Below, piece after piece: positions 1-7,337 of a DNA stretch of 43,074 nucleotides; the first letter of the stretch is position 1; each line of letters opens with the position of its first letter. The translations under genes and the position numbers were made by a program. Source of the stretch: Bacteroidota bacterium (GTDB taxonomy: Bacteria > Bacteroidota > Bacteroidia > Cytophagales > Cyclobacteriaceae); contig JBCCXG010000001.1 in the NCBI GenBank assembly GCA_039191945.1, positions 1 to 43,074 on the forward strand. The letters run 5' to 3'. The notes below the pieces were generated by a model. It saw only the letters and a list, made by a program, of their open reading frames with translations, was not told where the DNA came from and made no database searches.

Positions 1-110
1 TTAGGTTCTGGAGGGAATCGAGTTTGTACCGTAGCATGCTTACCTGTCTCCAGGTCATTCTCGATCATTTGCTCGATGAAGTTGAGCGACTCCTTTTTCT
101 CGGCGTCCAT
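1..110 (-). CDS. glnS: glutaminyl-tRNA synthetase, N-terminal fragment (gene runs off the window start)
   Basis: Not in the ORF track because it is under 60 aa. Reverse-strand translation from ATG at 108-110 gives [36 protein letters not shown]. This matches the conserved GlnRS N-terminus (E. coli [35 protein letters not shown]). Confidence 0.75.
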   Translation of the reverse strand, partial: MDAEKKESLNFIEQMIENDLETGKHATVQTRFPPEP

Positions 111-129
111 GGCATTGAAATTAGGTCGG

Positions 130-137
130 CAAAACTA
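130..137 (-). promoter_or_regulatory. Bacteroidota -7 promoter box (TAGTTTTG = TAnnTTTG) upstream of glnS
   Basis: Exact TAnnTTTG match on the minus strand, about 20 nt upstream of the glnS ATG. No clear -33 TTTG was checked. Confidence 0.3.
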
Positions 138-338
138 ATCCAGATTTGTCATTAGAGTTTTGTTGTGAGGCCATAAGCCGCAAGAAAATCGAAGGGACAA
201 AACTGTGATGGGTAGGACCGAAGTAGTAATGAGACCGGCCTTTGGGAGTCAATCCGTATGGATAAATGTAGATGTAGAAGATACAGGCCTTCGCACGAAA
301 ACGTGCACCTCGGTTTCGGATGTACCTAAGTCAAGGGC

Positions 339-369
339 AAAAAAAAGGGCCAGCACTACTTGCTGACCC
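339..369 (-). terminator. rho-independent terminator
   Basis: Minus strand reads GGGTCAGCA-AGTAG-TGCTGGCCC, a 9-bp stem with one G-U pair, followed by T8. Confidence 0.55.
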
Positions 370-371
370 TA

Positions 372-455
372 TCAACCTAAAACATCACTGAACCAATGTT
401 TATCTTTAATATCTTCTATGCCTGTTGTATAATGTCTCTTTTCTGTTTGTGTCAT
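372..455 (-). CDS. candidate 27-aa micro-ORF (MTQTEKRHYTTGIEDIKDKHWFSDVLG)
   Basis: ATG at 453-455 and TGA at 372-374. The stop lies 2 nt before the terminator hairpin. No homology recognised, so this rests on position only. Confidence 0.2.
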   Translation of the reverse strand: MTQTEKRHYTTGIEDIKDKHWFSDVLG

Positions 456-551
456 CCAAAAGACTCTTCAAAGATGTATACAAGACGCAGGCTAGTCAAT
501 CTTTTATCGATGAGTGGTGCTCATTCTTCGATGAATGACAGAAATACCCGA

Positions 552-1016
552 TTAGAGGGAGTCTTTTGTGAAGCTAAAAGGCAATAGGTGTCGTACATCG
601 TCTACCACCAAGAACGAATTCGAATCAGCCTGCATCAAGATTTTGATGGGCGTTGCTTGCTGACCGGCGTACTCCAGCATGACTTGTCGGCAAGCGCCAC
701 AGGGAAAGGTCTCACACAATACCCCCTGGTCATTCTGTGCCATTACTAGCAAGGTGTCGATCGCGGCCCTGCTCTCTGACTTTCCTTTGAATAAGGCCAC
801 CCGTTCTGCGCACAGACCAGAAGGATACGCTGCGTTCTCCTGGTTGTTGCCCGTGACAACATGACCCCCTTCAAAGCCAATGGCACACGCCACGAGAAAG
901 TTTGAGTAGGGGGCGTATGCCAAACCAAGCGCCTCCTGAGCAGCCGTATACAGCCGGGTCTGTAGTTCGTCAAAATCGGCCACCGGCAAGCGAGCATAAG
1001 GAATGGTCAGCTCCAT
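552..1016 (-). CDS. cdd: cytidine deaminase
   Basis: Zinc-binding motifs CAERVA and PCGACRQ. Size of 154 aa is typical of homotetrameric CDA. Confidence 0.9.
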   Translation of the reverse strand: MELTIPYARLPVADFDELQTRLYTAAQEALGLAYAPYSNFLVACAIGFEGGHVVTGNNQENAAYPSGLCAERVALFKGKSESRAAIDTLLVMAQNDQGVLCETFPCGACRQVMLEYAGQQATPIKILMQADSNSFLVVDDVRHLLPFSFTKDSL

Positions 1017-1020
1017 CTCT

Positions 1021-1635
1021 CTAAAACCTGAAGTTCGCGATTTGTCGAACGAATTCTGCCCCAGCGCCTGGACTCACCGCCAAGGCAAAAAGCAGCCCAT
1101 AGATCGCACCATAGAGGTGTGCTTCATGGTTGATATTGTCATCCGCGTTCTTCGACTGGGAGTACGAATACACGAGGTAGAGAATGCCCAGTAGGAATCC
1201 GGGGATGGGTATGATCGCAAACAATAAGATGTTATTCGTCGGATAGTATAATATGCTGGCAAAGACAATTGCCGATACTGCTCCGGAAGCACCGAGGCTA
1301 TTATATCCCGGGTTGTCGCGATTTCTCCAGACGACTGGCAAGTCAGAGATTACAATGGCCGACAAATAGAAGAAGATAAAGAGCGCCGCCCCATTCCCAG
1401 ATTGGAACATAAACGTCTGCTCCACGATCCGACCAAAAAAGAAAAAAGTAAACATGTTGATGCCGAGGTGACCATAGCCATTGTGGACGAATCCCGAGGT
1501 GACAAGGCGCCAGTATTCTTTTCGGTGTACCGTCTGGTATGGGTTCATCAACAGCCTCATGAAGAGCCTTTCGTTACTCAGCGCACCAAAGCTCACACCG
1601 ATGGTGATAAGCAACAAGAAAATGGTCAATGACAT
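1021..1635 (-). CDS. rhomboid family intramembrane serine protease
   Basis: Multi-TM protein with HNGYGHLGINM and catalytic GASGAVS (GxSG) motifs. Confidence 0.85.
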   Translation of the reverse strand: MSLTIFLLLITIGVSFGALSNERLFMRLLMNPYQTVHRKEYWRLVTSGFVHNGYGHLGINMFTFFFFGRIVEQTFMFQSGNGAALFIFFYLSAIVISDLPVVWRNRDNPGYNSLGASGAVSAIVFASILYYPTNNILLFAIIPIPGFLLGILYLVYSYSQSKNADDNINHEAHLYGAIYGLLFALAVSPGAGAEFVRQIANFRF

Positions 1636-1696
1636 GTGTTAGTAATCAAGGAAACTTGGACGAAGTTAGTTCATTCAAAGGACGCGGCCGACTGAC

Positions 1697-2671
1697 CTAT
1701 TTGTCCCTCTTCATCAACTGATTAGCGAAGGTTCTAAGCACCTCTTTTCCAGCTGGCGAACCTTCCACGCTCTCTATCCCTTCGAAGGCCTGGTCGAAGT
1801 AGTAGTTCATCTTCAGCTGTATGAGGTTTGGGATACCAATATCATCATAAATCTGGCGAACTCCAGCCACCTTTGCTGCCGGATCAAAATCTTGTCGATG
1901 CAGCCAATCCTCCAAGAGCTCTCTTGCTTCACCGGTAGCCATCTCCAGTGCGGTAATCAGGAGGTAGGTCTTTTTGTTGGCGATGATGTCTCCTCCGACC
2001 TGTTTGCCAAACTTGCTTTGGTCTGCGTAGACGTCCAGGTAGTCATCCATGAGTTGGAAACCGATACCCATCTTCTCACCCACTTCGTAGAGTTTGCTTT
2101 GATTGTCGTCATCACTACCCGACAGCAAGCCACCCAACTGCAGGCTGTAGCCCAAAAGGACAGCAGTCTTGAGTCGAATCATCTCAATGTAGTCGGCCTC
2201 AGATACTGTCGACTCACTTTCAAAGTTCATATCGATCTGTTGCCCCTCGCATACTTCTACTGCGGTTTTGTTGAATAGCGAAATGACCTTGTGCAGCATG
2301 GGCGGTGGGCTTTGGAGCAGGAGGTCGTACGCTTTGATGAGCATCGTGTCTCCTGACAAAATTGCCACGGTATCATTCCATTTCTCATGGACCGTAGGCT
2401 GCCCCCGCCGCAGGGGTGCTTCGTCCATGATGTCGTCATGCATCAAAGTAAAGTTGTGAAAAACCTCCACCGCAAGGGCAATATCCACGATGTCATCGAC
2501 CTTGGCCCCACGCAGTTGATAGCTAAGTAGCACCAGCAAGGGCCTCAGGCGTTTACCGCCAAGTGACATGATGTACCGAATAGGCTCGTAAAGGTTGTGG
2601 GGATTCTCTCCGTATTGCAGTTGCGAAATGCGTTGTGTGAGCTTTTGACGTAGTTCTTCAGTGGCGTGCAT
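1697..2671 (-). CDS. polyprenyl diphosphate synthase (trans-isoprenyl diphosphate synthase family)
   Basis: First and second Asp-rich motifs LMHDDIMD and FQLMDDYLD. Chain-length specificity cannot be called. Confidence 0.9.
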   Translation of the reverse strand: MHATEELRQKLTQRISQLQYGENPHNLYEPIRYIMSLGGKRLRPLLVLLSYQLRGAKVDDIVDIALAVEVFHNFTLMHDDIMDEAPLRRGQPTVHEKWNDTVAILSGDTMLIKAYDLLLQSPPPMLHKVISLFNKTAVEVCEGQQIDMNFESESTVSEADYIEMIRLKTAVLLGYSLQLGGLLSGSDDDNQSKLYEVGEKMGIGFQLMDDYLDVYADQSKFGKQVGGDIIANKKTYLLITALEMATGEARELLEDWLHRQDFDPAAKVAGVRQIYDDIGIPNLIQLKMNYYFDQAFEGIESVEGSPAGKEVLRTFANQLMKRDK

Positions 2672-2947
2672 GCTTTACTTTTCTGGACATCTTAACGACC
2701 CAAAGTTGGGATTGTTGAGACCAAAGAACAGTATTTCTCCAGGAAATCATCAGTGAAGCGGTCTGAGAAGTTTTACGGCTCGTGAATAGATGGCATTCAG
2801 CACGACGGCGCATAGTGACGAGCGACAGACTACCTATTGGCTGTGTAGAAGACTGGCCACCAAAGCCGCGACTTACGAGTCAGGAAAGAGGGGAAAGCAA
2901 AAAAAGGAAAGTGACCCAGTCGAGGGGACAGAGGGAGAGCAATCCGC

Positions 2948-2992
2948 AAAAAAAAAGAGACTGCCTACAAACACTCAGGCTTGGGCAGTCTC
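2948..2992 (-). terminator. rho-independent terminator downstream of ferritin
   Basis: Minus strand has a 9-bp stem GAGACTGCC...GGCAGTCTC with an 18-nt loop, followed by T9. Confidence 0.7.
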
Positions 2993-3017
2993 ATGGTACT
3001 TTAAATAATATCTGGTA

Positions 3018-3545
3018 TTAGTCTTCCGAATACTCAACACTGAGCACTCTCTCCTCGATCATCGCGAGGGCCAACTTATCTTCACCAATGACGTCAAAAA
3101 GCTCGAGCGTGCGGCGTGCCACAAACTCCTCTTCAATCTGCTCCATGACGAACCACTTCATGAATTCTTCGGTCGCAATGTCATCGTGCTTTCGGCACGC
3201 CCTGACCACGTCATGGATGGCTTCTGTCACACTGATTTCCATATCAAGAGCAGTCTCAAACACGCTTCTCAATGAAGGAAAGTCATGATTGGGCTCCTCA
3301 ACTCTCGGTGCGATCGGGGACGCTTCCATATTCGCGAGATAGCGGAAAAGCTTCATTTGATGCTTTTTCTCTTCCTCGGACTGATTGTAAAAGAATTCGG
3401 CACAATTGTCGTAGCCATTCACATCACACCATCCAGCCATTGCCAAGTATGCTGCTGAGGAATGGGCCTCCATCTTTACCTGCTTATTCAAAATGTCAAC
3501 AACTTCTTCCTTCAGTGGACATTCTCTTCGGAGTAAGTCTTTCAT
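3018..3545 (-). CDS. ftnA: non-heme ferritin
   Basis: 175 aa. Ferritin-like di-iron helices (VKMEAHSSAAYLAMAGW, QSEEEKKHQMKLFRYL). Confidence 0.85.
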   Translation of the reverse strand: MKDLLRRECPLKEEVVDILNKQVKMEAHSSAAYLAMAGWCDVNGYDNCAEFFYNQSEEEKKHQMKLFRYLANMEASPIAPRVEEPNHDFPSLRSVFETALDMEISVTEAIHDVVRACRKHDDIATEEFMKWFVMEQIEEEFVARRTLELFDVIGEDKLALAMIEERVLSVEYSED

Positions 3546-3671
3546 ATCTAATGCAAATGTTCAATATGCAAAGTAACACACAAGGGCAGGCAAATGATTG
3601 CAGAAAGGGCTCACCTCCAGTAATTTAAAATGGTTCTAAGTAAGAATGAAGGTGATGGTAATGGGGAGTCG

Positions 3672-4034
3672 CTAGGACATGAAGGTGGGACGCCTCACGG
3701 TTTCTTTGTGAATCAAGCTATTTAGCCTCAAAATAGCCATTGTGCCCTCTAACAACTCACGGAGTTCGAGAATCTCCAAGGTAGAAAAAGCGAAAAAACG
3801 ATCACAGCTCGGCAGATAAATGATTTGTACATCTGGTGAGCCCTCTTCGAACATGGACGCAGGCTCAATCAAAAAGATCTTTCGCTTGAAGCCTACCAAG
3901 CCGCACAACTTCAATTCGATTTGCTCACCAAAGAGCGTGACGATAAACAAACCTCGCTTGTCACACTGATGAACCGCTCCGTCGGCCGTCTCAAAGACAG
4001 CATTGAAATCATTGTCTATTGTTTGTAGCGTCAC
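3672..4034 (-). CDS. hypothetical protein (120 aa, no recognisable motif)
   Basis: GTG-initiated ORF, 8 nt downstream of the Cys/Lys-rich micro-ORF and co-directional with its neighbours. No family recognised. Confidence 0.45.
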   Translation of the reverse strand: MTLQTIDNDFNAVFETADGAVHQCDKRGLFIVTLFGEQIELKLCGLVGFKRKIFLIEPASMFEEGSPDVQIIYLPSCDRFFAFSTLEILELRELLEGTMAILRLNSLIHKETVRRPTFMS

Positions 4035-4042
4035 TAAAAAAA

Positions 4043-4252
4043 TTATCTGTTGGGACAGCTCTTACAACGCTTCTTCCCTTTTTTCTTGTACTTTTTGCAA
4101 CATTTTTTAAAAACGCAATCTTGCTGCTCCCAAGATTGTCTTTTGAGCTCTTCACATGACTCGTGGTTCCAAATATCCTGCTCTAGATTCACCTCTTTCC
4201 TAAAAAATTTCGCAGTACATACAAAGAAGTAGCTGGATCGCTTCCGACACAA
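4043..4252 (-). CDS. hypothetical Cys/Lys-rich small protein (69 aa from a TTG start)
   Basis: Contains 8 Cys and 14 Lys, with the tail CVFKKCCKKYKKKGKKRCKSCPNR. A GAGGAG Shine-Dalgarno-like box (4259-4264) sits 6 nt upstream of the TTG. An antisense F/L-rich ORF (4050-4232, plus strand) is the alternative reading of this low-complexity DNA. Confidence 0.35.
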   Translation of the reverse strand: MCRKRSSYFFVCTAKFFRKEVNLEQDIWNHESCEELKRQSWEQQDCVFKKCCKKYKKKGKKRCKSCPNR

Positions 4253-4275
4253 TAACTACTCCTCGTTAATTTATT

Positions 4276-4316
4276 TATCACTACAACTAGTGATATGATC
4301 ACTAGTTGTAGTGATA
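4276..4316. repeat. perfect 41-bp palindrome (19-bp arms, 3-nt centre)
   Basis: TATCACTACAACTAGTGAT-ATG-ATCACTAGTTGTAGTGATA. Each arm also contains the sub-palindrome ATCACT...AGTGAT. No flanking U-run on either strand. Confidence 0.95.
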
Positions 4317-4318
4317 TG

Positions 4319-4957
4319 CTATCTCACAATCCCGCTCTCCATGGCGTAAACAATCAATTCTGTCGGTGATCGCAGGTTGAGTTTCTTCAAAATGTTCTTC
4401 CGATGAGAGTTGATCGTATGTACACTCACATGCAACTCGTCGGCAATCAGGGTGGTGGTCAGTCCTTTTGTGATGAGCTGCAGTACCTCGTACTCTCGTG
4501 GCGACAAGTCCGTAGGCGCACAGTTCTCATCCTCGGGTTGTTCGGTATCTTCCATCACCACGTCGAGGACCTTGTTACAATAAAAGCGATTGCCCTCCGC
4601 TACGGCGTAAATGGAGTTTATGATCTCCTGTTCGCTACAGGTCTTGGTCACCATGCCTTTGACCCCCGTTTTCAGGATCGATTTCATTCGAGCCCGATCT
4701 GTGTCTCCCGTAATAATCAGCAGTTTGCTCCCTGCGACTTCTTTCAATCGCTCTAACCGATTCAAAAAGTCCTTGTCGCTGGGTCTGTAGTCAATGACCA
4801 GCACATCGGGATCCGTCTCTCGGACAAGAGCCGGGAGCTCCTCTAAATCCTCTTCCGCACCTGCCAGCACAAAATCTGATTGCCGCTCGATCAAAGCCTC
4901 AAAACCCTGACGGGTCAAGAATTGAAAATCCGATAAAAAGACTGAGATGCTCCCCAT
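4319..4957 (-). CDS. NarL/FixJ (LuxR-type HTH) response regulator, no adjacent kinase
   Basis: REC domain (DVLVIDY, LLIITG, GMVTK) plus a C-terminal LuxR HTH (LSPREYEVLQLITKGLTTTLIADELHVSVHTINSHRKNILKKL). ATG at 4955-4957 is preferred over the track's TTG at 4975. Confidence 0.85.
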   Translation of the reverse strand: MGSISVFLSDFQFLTRQGFEALIERQSDFVLAGAEEDLEELPALVRETDPDVLVIDYRPSDKDFLNRLERLKEVAGSKLLIITGDTDRARMKSILKTGVKGMVTKTCSEQEIINSIYAVAEGNRFYCNKVLDVVMEDTEQPEDENCAPTDLSPREYEVLQLITKGLTTTLIADELHVSVHTINSHRKNILKKLNLRSPTELIVYAMESGIVR

Positions 4958-4964
4958 TGGCTTA

Positions 4965-4981
4965 TTTAGAATCAATCTAAA
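4965..4981. promoter_or_regulatory. candidate operator, palindrome site 1 (TTTAGAATCAATCTAAA)
   Basis: 7 of 8 symmetric positions match. Lies between the predicted -7 box and the response-regulator ATG. Confidence 0.4.
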
Positions 4982-4986
4982 CTATG

Positions 4987-5018
4987 CAAACATAGAGGCC
5001 AGCCTAGATTATAGCAAA
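4987..5018 (-). promoter_or_regulatory. Bacteroidota-type promoter of the response regulator: TTTG - 20 nt - TATGTTTG
   Basis: On the minus strand, -33 TTTG is at 5018-5015 and -7 TATGTTTG is at 4994-4987, 30 nt upstream of the ATG. This fits the published TTTG-N19-21-TAnnTTTG consensus. Confidence 0.45.
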
Positions 5019-5022
5019 CTAG

Positions 5023-5039
5023 TTTAGAATTATTCTAAA
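5023..5039. promoter_or_regulatory. candidate operator, palindrome site 2 (TTTAGAAT-T-ATTCTAAA)
   Basis: Perfect 8+1+8 palindrome immediately upstream of the -33 element. Shares 15 of 17 positions with site 1. Confidence 0.4.
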
Positions 5040-5149
5040 TAATAATTTGACAAAGGAGACAAACTGGTCTTCGATAGACGATGTTCTGCTACTAGATGCC
5101 TAATTTTCGGCATCGTCATTTTTCCAAGTATTATTGACCAAATCAAAAC

Positions 5150-6553
5150 ATGAGCTTTAGAATCGAGCACGACACGATGGGTGAGGTAGAGGTACCCGCT
5201 GATAAATACTGGGGCGCCCAAACCCAGAGATCACGCAACAACTTCAAAATTGGCGGGGAAAACATGCATATGCCGCTGGAGATCGTCAAGGCTTTCGCGA
5301 TTTTGAAAAAATCAGCGGCGCAGACCAATGAAGCCCTGGGAAAGCTCCCAGCAGAAAAGTCTCGATTGATCGCCCAGGTTTGTGACGAAATCCTGGAAGG
5401 CAAACTTGATGATCAGTTCCCGCTCGTGATCTGGCAAACGGGCTCAGGGACGCAATCCAATATGAATGTCAATGAAGTCGTGGCCAATCGCGCCCATGTC
5501 CTTAATGGTGGTCAGCTGACCGACGAGAGCAAGGTGATCCATCCTAATGACGACGTCAATAAGAGCCAATCGTCCAACGACACCTTTCCCACCGCCATGC
5601 ACATCGCAGGCTACAAAATTCTGGTGGAGGATACCATTCCGAAGGTGGAATTGCTCAGGGATACTTTGAAAAGCAAGTCTGACCAGTTTCAAGAAGTAGT
5701 GAAGATAGGCCGGACCCACTTCATGGATGCAACGCCCTTAAGTCTAGGTCAAGAATTTTCCGGTTATGTGGCCCAACTCAATCACGGTCTGAAAGCCCTG
5801 AGAAATACTTTAGCGCATTTGTCGGAGCTGGCACTTGGCGGCACCGCCGTAGGGACTGGGCTCAATACGCCTGCGGGGTACTCGGAGCTAGTCGCCGAAA
5901 AGATTGCCCAAAATGCCGGCCACCCCTTCGTCACCGCCGAAAACAAATTTGAGGCACTGGCCGCTCACGATGCCATCGTAGAATCGCACGGTGCATTGAA
6001 GCAACTGGCCGTGAGTCTCATGAAGATCGGCAATGACATTCGGATGCTCTGCTCGGGACCTCGGAGTGGGATTGGGGAAATTCTCATTCCTGAGAACGAA
6101 CCCGGCTCGTCGATCATGCCGGGTAAAGTCAACCCAACGCAATGCGAAGCACTGACCATGGTTTGTGCCCAAGTGATTGGCAACGATGTTGCGGTGAGCG
6201 CGGGTGGGATGACCGGCCACTTCGAATTGAACGTCTTCAAGCCCATGATGGTCTACAACCTGCTCACTTCCGCGCGGCTGATCGGGGATGCTTGCCAATC
6301 TTTCAATGACAATTGCGCTATAGGCATCGAGCCCAATCACGAAGTCATCAAGGAGAAACTGGAGAAGTCATTGATGCTGGTCACTGCATTAAACACACAG
6401 ATCGGCTACGAAAAAGCCGCGGCCATTGCCAAGAAAGCTCACAAGGAAGGCACGACACTCCGAGAAGCAGCGTTATCCTTGAAATATTTGACGAACGACG
6501 AGTTTGATCAGTGGGTCCGTCCGGAAGACATGATTGGATCGTTGAAGAGTTAA
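5150..6553 (+). CDS. fumC: class II fumarate hydratase
   Basis: 467 aa. Fumarate lyase signature [16 protein letters not shown] and an N-terminus typical of FumC. Confidence 0.95.
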   Translation: MSFRIEHDTMGEVEVPADKYWGAQTQRSRNNFKIGGENMHMPLEIVKAFAILKKSAAQTNEALGKLPAEKSRLIAQVCDEILEGKLDDQFPLVIWQTGSGTQSNMNVNEVVANRAHVLNGGQLTDESKVIHPNDDVNKSQSSNDTFPTAMHIAGYKILVEDTIPKVELLRDTLKSKSDQFQEVVKIGRTHFMDATPLSLGQEFSGYVAQLNHGLKALRNTLAHLSELALGGTAVGTGLNTPAGYSELVAEKIAQNAGHPFVTAENKFEALAAHDAIVESHGALKQLAVSLMKIGNDIRMLCSGPRSGIGEILIPENEPGSSIMPGKVNPTQCEALTMVCAQVIGNDVAVSAGGMTGHFELNVFKPMMVYNLLTSARLIGDACQSFNDNCAIGIEPNHEVIKEKLEKSLMLVTALNTQIGYEKAAAIAKKAHKEGTTLREAALSLKYLTNDEFDQWVRPEDMIGSLKS

Positions 6554-6626
6554 GCTTTGGGGTAATTGAAGTTATTTTTGTACTTTAGTTGCATCTATAT
6601 AATTATATTGATATAACGCTATTTAA

Positions 6627-7253
6627 ATGAAACACATAGCATCAGCATTAGTACTTATCCTTTGTCTCACCTTCGTCCAAGAAGGCACCGCCCAAATGTC
6701 CAAAAAAGAGATGAAGGAATGGAAGAAAAGGATTAAAAAGCTCACGCCGGAGCAGTACAAGACGTTGCTCGATGACAACAAGGCGTTGAAGACCGAAAAC
6801 GCCAGCCTCAAGGCAGAGCTTGCTGGTGTGGACGATCGCGTGGCGGACAAGGATAGCCAAATCTCACAGTTCCAAGATCAGATCGCGAGCCTCCGAGATC
6901 AAGTCGCTGCCGAGAAAGCAAAGAAAGCTGCTCCTGCAAGACCTGCACAATCTGGACCGTCGATTGGTTCGGGTATCAACGATCAGCAGGGGATCGTCTT
7001 CAAGGTCCAAATCGGTGCGTTCAAGAACAAAGACTTGTCCAAGTACCTCGAGGCAAGTGAAAACTTTTCGGGAGAAACCGACGAGAATGGTCTGAAGCGA
7101 TACTCTCTGGGAGTGTTCAGAGATTATTGGGAAGCTGATACTTTCAAAAAATATCTCCGTGAGATGGGCGTGAAAGATGCATGGATTGTTTCTTTCAAGG
7201 ATGGTCAGAGAGTTCCCATCAAGGAAGTTCTGGAAAACGTATCAAAGTCTTAA
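6627..7253 (+). CDS. secreted coiled-coil protein with C-terminal SPOR-like domain
   Basis: Signal peptide, a K/E-rich coiled coil, and a C-terminal FKVQIGAF...YSLGVF...DAWIV pattern that resembles SPOR peptidoglycan-binding repeats. Confidence 0.55.
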   Translation: MKHIASALVLILCLTFVQEGTAQMSKKEMKEWKKRIKKLTPEQYKTLLDDNKALKTENASLKAELAGVDDRVADKDSQISQFQDQIASLRDQVAAEKAKKAAPARPAQSGPSIGSGINDQQGIVFKVQIGAFKNKDLSKYLEASENFSGETDENGLKRYSLGVFRDYWEADTFKKYLREMGVKDAWIVSFKDGQRVPIKEVLENVSKS

Positions 7254-7274
7254 TCAGATAACTTTTACTGATAG

Positions 7275-7304
7275 CCCCGACTTGAACAAGGTCGGGGTTT
7301 TTTT
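7275..7304 (+). terminator. rho-independent terminator
   Basis: CCCCGAC-TTGAACAAG-GTCGGGG followed by T7. Confidence 0.8.
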
Positions 7305-7337
7305 GTTCCTTACATTTACGGATATTCAGAATAGTAA

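Noticed and set aside
396-587. 63-aa plus-strand ORF in the cdd-glnS spacer.
   Set aside because: The Cys/Phe-rich sequence is implausible. It overlaps the 3' end of cdd on the opposite strand and has no promoter-like box.
2782-3021. Plus-strand ORFs of 79 and 72 aa in the 346-bp spacer between ferritin and the polyprenyl synthase. They coincide with a roughly 90-nt polypurine tract (about 2879-2960).
   Set aside because: The K/E/G-rich sequence simply reflects the purine run. The ORFs would read head-on through the ferritin terminator and into ferritin. The tract may have structural (H-DNA-like) or spacer significance, but I see no evidence of function.
5888-6340. Long antisense or alternative-frame ORFs inside well-supported genes. 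Examples are 5888-6340 and 5965-6246 in fumC, 9093-9479 in the DUF4105 gene, 18617-19141 in the TPR gene, 27052-27519 across pdhA, 33503-33991, 37059-37508 and 38742-39224.
   Set aside because: Each lies wholly within or across a gene whose product has clear family motifs. Their sequences are Arg/Ser/Pro-rich or otherwise typical of shadow frames in moderate-GC DNA. No independent signals support them.
6597-6608. 12-nt AT-only palindrome ATATAATTATAT upstream of the SPOR-like gene.
   Set aside because: It is a low-complexity AT palindrome in an AT-rich promoter spacer. It is not statistically remarkable.
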